Shown piece after piece: positions 59,524 to 64,000 of a DNA stretch of 64,000 nucleotides. Location of the stretch: positions 1 to 64,000 of the IMG/VR virus record IMGVR_UViG_3300042545_001134; one strand, 5' to 3'. The notes below the pieces were generated by a model. That model was not told where the DNA came from. It saw only the letters and a program-made list of their open reading frames with translations, and made no database searches. Positions within the stretch are counted from its first letter, which is position 1. The number at the start of each line of letters is the position of its first letter. The position numbers and the translations under genes were made by a program.

Positions 59524-59724
59524 TAGGATAACTTTACGTGGGTTCTCCATTCCACAATGGGGGACCACTAGACCCGTGGTAACCCCACGGGTTTTTTTCG
59601 TTACCACAGAAACCTGACTCAGGATGGTATCCTGGATTTTGTTTGGCAAGGACACCCGTGTTGTAACATCTAACACTGTCGATTTTGTTTGGCAAGGATG
59701 TGTATGACAGAACTATTTATATGT

Positions 59725-60465
59725 ATGACACAGAAACTAATAAACCTACTGAATGAGGACGATACTCAAAAGGTAGAACAAATGATACAAGACTTCGAGG
59801 GGTACAACCAAAATGGTATCGAGGTGGTTATGGTGAAGAAAGGTGATAGTGGTGGGGCCATAATGATGATACGGATAACATCCCCAACAATAACAGATGA
59901 TATAGTAAACGAAAAGTTAGAGGTCATCTCAAAGGACTTACAGTCCAAAGGGTATGGTGACCTAATTTTACTTTTCGTAGTTAGTGCCGTATACTATACA
60001 CCTGAAGGTGTGGATTTAAAAATCGATGTGATGAACTATCAACCACACCAAATCAAAAATAACCTGAGATATGAGTACCCTTCAATTCAGGATATACTAA
60101 TGGGTAATGTGGACTTTACTATACAATCCAATGTAATACCTACGGTTAATCAGGACACCGCAGAGTGGATTCGTATTAAGAAGAAGAGATGTATGACAGT
60201 ATATCAGGTACTCCAAAAAGGTTCAGTTAATGGTGTGTCATACACACTAGGTCCCATCCATGGGATGAGTGAGGTGGAACCTACGGTTACTCCGAACTAT
60301 AAAAAGACCTTACAGAGGGACACCATTAATCAACTTCTGTTATCCGTCGAATTAAACGTCCGTATTACAGAGGTCTCCGACCTCAATAGAAAGGACGAAG
60401 TCTCATACGGTATCAAAGAGAAGTTCGAAAAGTTTGGTGTCAACGTGGAAGTCATGGTGAACTAA
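59725..60465 (+). CDS. Hypothetical protein with LLNED leader
   Basis: TATTTATA at 59714 just upstream. Confidence 0.7.
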   Translation: MTQKLINLLNEDDTQKVEQMIQDFEGYNQNGIEVVMVKKGDSGGAIMMIRITSPTITDDIVNEKLEVISKDLQSKGYGDLILLFVVSAVYYTPEGVDLKIDVMNYQPHQIKNNLRYEYPSIQDILMGNVDFTIQSNVIPTVNQDTAEWIRIKKKRCMTVYQVLQKGSVNGVSYTLGPIHGMSEVEPTVTPNYKKTLQRDTINQLLLSVELNVRITEVSDLNRKDEVSYGIKEKFEKFGVNVEVMVN

Positions 60466-60752
60466 AACACATATACATATTTACATATATAGACCCTGTC
60501 ATACGACGGGGTTTTTTATTTTAGGACCGATATAACGATATCCATAGTATACATTTCCAGGAAATTTAAATTTATGTCCTTACTTCACACAAGGTACAAT
60601 CCCAGGGTAAATGTCACTGAGTGGTAAAAAGTGGGGGAAAGTGGCATTGTAATACGCCCAGCCCAAAAACCGGTCATTTTGACCTGACAAAAGTAGGGGA
60701 TTTTCGTTACGACAAAAAATGTCTGGATAGTAGGGTTAAAAACGGGGTTTTT

Positions 60753-61097
60753 TTAGGGGTTATTTTTAGAATCATAAACCAATGGTTCCTCACATACCGG
60801 ACACTCATCCAGTACAATCATATTGTTCCTGCGGAACGACCAACGTTCCACGGTAGGTAATTCATCTACTGTAAGAACCGTATAACCATCCATACATTTT
60901 ACTTCACCATCTATATCATAGTACCTACCTTTATACCTTGTTACTATATGGTTTTTTCTTTGAGAAATATATGGGGTACAATCTTTATACATCTTCTTTA
61001 GTAGGATATGAAACCTATAACATCCTCCTTCGGTATAGATGTATCTTATGTACCCATCTGTATTTCTCAGTTCATCTATGAATGTTAGTATATTCAT
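60753..61097 (-). CDS. Hypothetical protein
   Basis: GGCYRF..YYDIDG; C-terminal CPVC. Confidence 0.75.
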   Translation of the reverse strand: MNILTFIDELRNTDGYIRYIYTEGGCYRFHILLKKMYKDCTPYISQRKNHIVTRYKGRYYDIDGEVKCMDGYTVLTVDELPTVERWSFRRNNMIVLDECPVCEEPLVYDSKNNP

Positions 61098-61118
61098 TTT
61101 ATACTTTATGGTATTATA

Positions 61119-61403
61119 CTATATGGTATTATTGGAATCAACTATCCTTCTATACAATTCATGTTGTAATCTATAAGTCTCTAATCTTTGTTGTTCTTCA
61201 TTAATAGTTATGGTATTATTCTCAATTGGATTGTGTCTTCTTCTATATCGTTCATGACGTATTCTATAACTTTCTTCTTCTGCCTCTATACCATACCTTA
61301 ACGTATCTCTTATTCTTCTTCTTACAGATTCTTCTAATTCATTGGGATATACTTCTATTATACTATTATCAATATATCCCCTGCCAAGTTTAAAATTGTT
61401 CAT
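61119..61403 (-). CDS. Hypothetical protein (MNNFKLGRGY N-terminus)
   Basis: Shares its first 10 aa with the 61413 gene. Confidence 0.6.
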   Translation of the reverse strand: MNNFKLGRGYIDNSIIEVYPNELEESVRRRIRDTLRYGIEAEEESYRIRHERYRRRHNPIENNTITINEEQQRLETYRLQHELYRRIVDSNNTI

Positions 61404-61412
61404 ATATATGGT

Positions 61413-61697
61413 TTAAGACATAAGACTGTCTATTATTTTATCCTGTAATTCAAATATACTATCCATGTTGATATTATCATAATTCAATTCCTCCATAACG
61501 TATTCTGCCCAAACAATATAGTGGGTAAACGTGAGATTATCCTTTATTGATACAATATCCGTGGCAACCCTATTAAACCCCTCATATTTTATCTCAATAC
61601 GGATTGTGGTTTCATCTATATGATATAGTATTATCGATAACCCATATTGGGATATGATTTTGGTATTATATCCCCTGCCAAGTTTAAAGTTGTTCAT
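61413..61697 (-). CDS. Hypothetical protein (MNNFKLGRGY N-terminus)
   Basis: Shares its first 10 aa with the 61119 gene. Confidence 0.6.
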   Translation of the reverse strand: MNNFKLGRGYNTKIISQYGLSIILYHIDETTIRIEIKYEGFNRVATDIVSIKDNLTFTHYIVWAEYVMEELNYDNINMDSIFELQDKIIDSLMS

Positions 61698-61753
61698 ATA
61701 TATGGATTTCTTCAATTTATAGGTTTTAACCCCCTCGATTTTATATCTACACC

Positions 61754-61872
61754 ATAAACAACGTAGAGATACTTATATTATAAAAGTAATCACAGTTGTA
61801 TATACCTTTCAAATTGTGATTATAAACAACTGCAGAACAAATATCAACCTGTGTAGAACAGTTGTATACACC
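61754..61872 (-). CRISPR. Mini-array downstream of cas: half repeat (61861-61872), 30-nt spacer, divergent 36-bp repeat (61795-61830), 32-nt spacer, 9-nt repeat stub
   Basis: Plus strand GTTGTATACACC and GTTGTATATACCTTTCAAATTGTGATTATAAACAAC match the main repeat. Confidence 0.75.
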
Positions 61873-61985
61873 AATAAAAAGTATTTAGTGAGTGGGTTAT
61901 TACCCCGAGATTATCTCCTCCTGTTTATTCAGGGAATCACTATGGGTTGTACAACCAACCCCATCACTTGTGGTGATGAAAATAT
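61873..61985 (-). ncRNA. Guide scaffold copy 1 (omegaRNA/sgRNA-like), overlapping the cas 3' end
   Basis: Homologous to 63751-63868; hairpin GGGTTG-GTTGTA-CAACCC on the minus strand. Confidence 0.7.
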
Positions 61986-63327
61986 CTTGTTTTTTCTGTA
62001 GACCTTTTAATAGTCTACCTTTCTTACTCTTACCTTTTACTTCGTTACCTTCAGCGTAAGTTATATTATATGCCCCAACAATATCGGCATCCTTTAGTTT
62101 ACCGTAATCGTCACACTCAATGTTAATACAGGTGAATTTGGTTTTATCCTTATCCTTTCTATTCTCCTTATCCACATTCTTACAAGTTGGACATGTAATA
62201 GATGTATCTTTTGGATTCACCCACAGGATTTGAATCCCCACCATCTTTGCTTTATATTCAATATCCGTTTGAAGTTGATAATATGCCCACGATTTTAAAA
62301 ACAAATCTTTAGTGTTTGTGGTTATACCAGTTAAGTCCTCCATCTTAATAATACCCACATTGTATTGTTGGGCAATATCAATAACATCCCTACTGATATC
62401 GTGATTCATTAACACGGACCAATTGTGTTCCTTTTCCTTTAATCTTTCCATTCCCAACATCTTTCTTGTTCTTCCATGTCCACCCTTGGCAAACTTCATG
62501 GATTGTTGAAGTGCTCTTCGTATCTTATAGAACTTCATTCTCTCAGTTTGAATCTTTTCACCGATTGAAATCTGTGATGGTTGATGTTTCTCCCCGTCAA
62601 TGTATATTGATACTGGTCTGTTTATACCCAAATCAATTCCCATTACCTTATCAGGAATCATATCCTTTGATTTTGTATCAGGTACTGTACATGTTAATAA
62701 TAAAATAAAATCTTCATCCTTAATTTGAATAGAACTGGTGTTCATTTTGTATTCACCATTCAATATTCTATTGACAATTTTTTCATTACCACTTCTATCC
62801 CTTCCGTAATGTAATTTGAATTTAATTCCTTTGTGAATACTTCTCTCTGATGACGATAATGGTAAGTTAAAAACATAATCCTCCCCTTCTTTACTCACCA
62901 CAGGTTCTTTATTTACCGTACCTTTAAATGGTATTGTTAATGATGTTTTTCTAAATGATGGTATTGACATCTTTCCTTGTAAAATATCATAAAAACTCTC
63001 ATCAATAGTTTTATATATCTTTTGACAAAACGACGATTTTATGTTCGATGATATGATGGTATTTTTCTTCATTAAGTTATAACCCATATTCTCCACCATC
63101 GCCCCGTATTTTTCCTTGAAAATCTCTTTTGATTTAACTTTAGTAATATTAGTTGAATTTTTTATCTCATCCAACTCGTACTGGTTACAAACAGTTAACC
63201 TAATAACTTCGTTTCCAATTTGAACCAAGTCAGATGCAATTCTTTTTACGTAATTGTACGATGCAGTTCTGTCCTTGCTGGTTTCACCAACCGCAATCAA
63301 TTTGATTTTTCTTGTGATTATTGACAT
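61900..63327 (-). CDS. cas12f: Compact type V effector, Cas12f (Cas14)/TnpB-derived RNA-guided nuclease, 475 aa
   Basis: RuvC-I VMGIDLG, GGHGRTRK, RuvC-II KMEDL, W.YYQLQ..IEYKA, Zn finger CPTC..C...EC, RuvC-III DADIVGAYNI; adjacent array. Confidence 0.85.
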   Translation of the reverse strand: MSIITRKIKLIAVGETSKDRTASYNYVKRIASDLVQIGNEVIRLTVCNQYELDEIKNSTNITKVKSKEIFKEKYGAMVENMGYNLMKKNTIISSNIKSSFCQKIYKTIDESFYDILQGKMSIPSFRKTSLTIPFKGTVNKEPVVSKEGEDYVFNLPLSSSERSIHKGIKFKLHYGRDRSGNEKIVNRILNGEYKMNTSSIQIKDEDFILLLTCTVPDTKSKDMIPDKVMGIDLGINRPVSIYIDGEKHQPSQISIGEKIQTERMKFYKIRRALQQSMKFAKGGHGRTRKMLGMERLKEKEHNWSVLMNHDISRDVIDIAQQYNVGIIKMEDLTGITTNTKDLFLKSWAYYQLQTDIEYKAKMVGIQILWVNPKDTSITCPTCKNVDKENRKDKDKTKFTCINIECDDYGKLKDADIVGAYNITYAEGNEVKGKSKKGRLLKGLQKKQDIFITTSDGVGCTTHSDSLNKQEEIISG

Positions 63328-63351
63328 ATCATGTTCTATTTTATGTTCATC

Positions 63352-63692
63352 GTTATATTAAAAACTTCAAGTAAGAGGTATTTACAACATAAATCCCATT
63401 AGTTCGTATGGGTTCGTAGTTGTATACACCTTTCAAATAAGAGGTATTTACAACGTACTTGATGACCTGCAACAGGTCCATCAGTTGTATACACCTTTCA
63501 AATAAGAGAAACCCAAAGTACATGTTGTATACACCTTTCAAATAAGAGGTATTTACAACGTTTTCTCTTTCCCATGAGGTGCATCACCTGTTGTATACAC
63601 CTTTCAAATAAGAGGCATTTACAACTATTAACGGATGTACCAAAAATTAACATATAGTTGTATACACCTTTCAAATAAGAGGCATTTACAAC
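63352..63692 (-). CRISPR. CRISPR array, 36-bp repeat GTTGTAAATACCTCTTATTTGAAAGGTGTATACAAC (minus strand), 6 repeat units, 29-31-nt spacers
   Basis: Plus-strand repeats at 63352 (degenerate), 63419, 63484 (truncated to 25 bp), 63524, 63590, 63657. Confidence 0.95.
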
Positions 63693-63750
63693 ATGGTTAA
63701 CCCCATCTTATTATGAATCAACATATTGTGAATGATTCCCTTATTAAAAA

Positions 63751-63895
63751 ATAAAAGGTATTTAGTGAGTGAGAAGTTAATCTCCAGAAAAATTCCATCC
63801 TGTTTATTCAGGATTCACTATGGGCTGTACAACCAGCCCCACCAAAGTTTTACCTCTGATGAAAATATATTGAAGTTTCCAATATTTCAAAGAAC
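63751..63895 (-). ncRNA. tracrRNA-like scaffold copy 2
   Basis: Hairpin GGGCTG-GTTGTA-CAGCCC with loop complementary to the repeat 3' end; anti-repeat TAAATACCTTTT. Confidence 0.75.
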
Positions 63896-63899
63896 AATA

Positions 63900-63930
63900 C
63901 AAAGATACGTGTATTTTTTAGATATCCAAA
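63900..63930 (-). promoter_or_regulatory. Bacteroidota sigma70 promoter driving tracr-array-cas
   Basis: Minus strand TTTG-N19-TATCTTTG. Confidence 0.8.
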
Positions 63931-64000
63931 TTTTTTTTTAAAAATATTTTTTTATTCATCATCCTCCAACGAATCACTGTATGTGGGTTTATCCTTTGGG

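Larger units (their letters stand above)
41226..59694 (+). repeat. Dispersed box TTTG(A/T/G/C)TTGGCA, about 35 forward and about 15 inverted copies (count by eye)
   Basis: e.g. 41673, 42590, 43739, 45173, 45839, 52855, 53416, 59147, 59193, 59242, 59635, 59681. Confidence 0.9.

Noticed and set aside
41226-59694. Calling the box modules integron attC sites, TIGR arrays or NFI sites
   Set aside because: The cores do not fit RYYYAAC/GTTRRRY, there is no constant 36-nt dual-spacer unit or Nop-domain gene, no integrase is in the window, and the match to eukaryotic NFI is irrelevant here
61816-62001. Plus-strand ORFs 61816-62001 and 63732-63941 with similar translations
   Set aside because: The similarity reflects the duplicated scaffold RNA on the opposite strand, not protein paralogy
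61900-63327. IS200/IS605 transposon call
   Set aside because: No TnpA/Y1 or serine transposase and no recognisable transposon-end hairpins; a CRISPR array and tracr-like RNA are present instead
63353-63541. 62-aa ORF across the array
   Set aside because: Translation of CRISPR repeats
63389-63722. Self-targeting by spacers within this window
   Set aside because: I noticed no match by eye; this is not exhaustive and needs an alignment search

Overview
This is an AT-rich, gene-dense segment of a large (jumbo-type) dsDNA phage. The host is very likely a Bacteroidota, because many genes carry the TTTG-N19-21-TAnnTTTG housekeeping promoter. 1-7 kb is a translation/RNA island: four tRNAs, a YkuK-type RNase H-like gene, smpB, tmRNA, and a TerD-like-domain protein followed by three tandem covarying RNA hairpins. 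7-41 kb is mixed: many putative virion/internal-head proteins sharing an N-terminal ITESQ/LNE leader and a TATTTATA promoter, glycosyltransferases, a GH19 endolysin, nucleases, a cyclophilin and a GmrSD-like protein. 41-60.5 kb is an almost entirely plus-strand block of about 35 small genes in promoter-ORF-terminator cassettes, saturated with a dispersed TTTGNTTGGCA box and bounded by homopolymer-rich tracts. 61.7-63.9 kb is a compact type V-F (Cas12f-like, 475 aa, intact RuvC) CRISPR locus with two homologous scaffold RNAs. One is tracr-like and lies ahead of a 36-bp-repeat array. The other overlaps the 3' end of the gene and is naturally fused to a half repeat and spacer. All calls are by eye from the sequence and ORF track; no database search was run, so family names are recognitions from memory.
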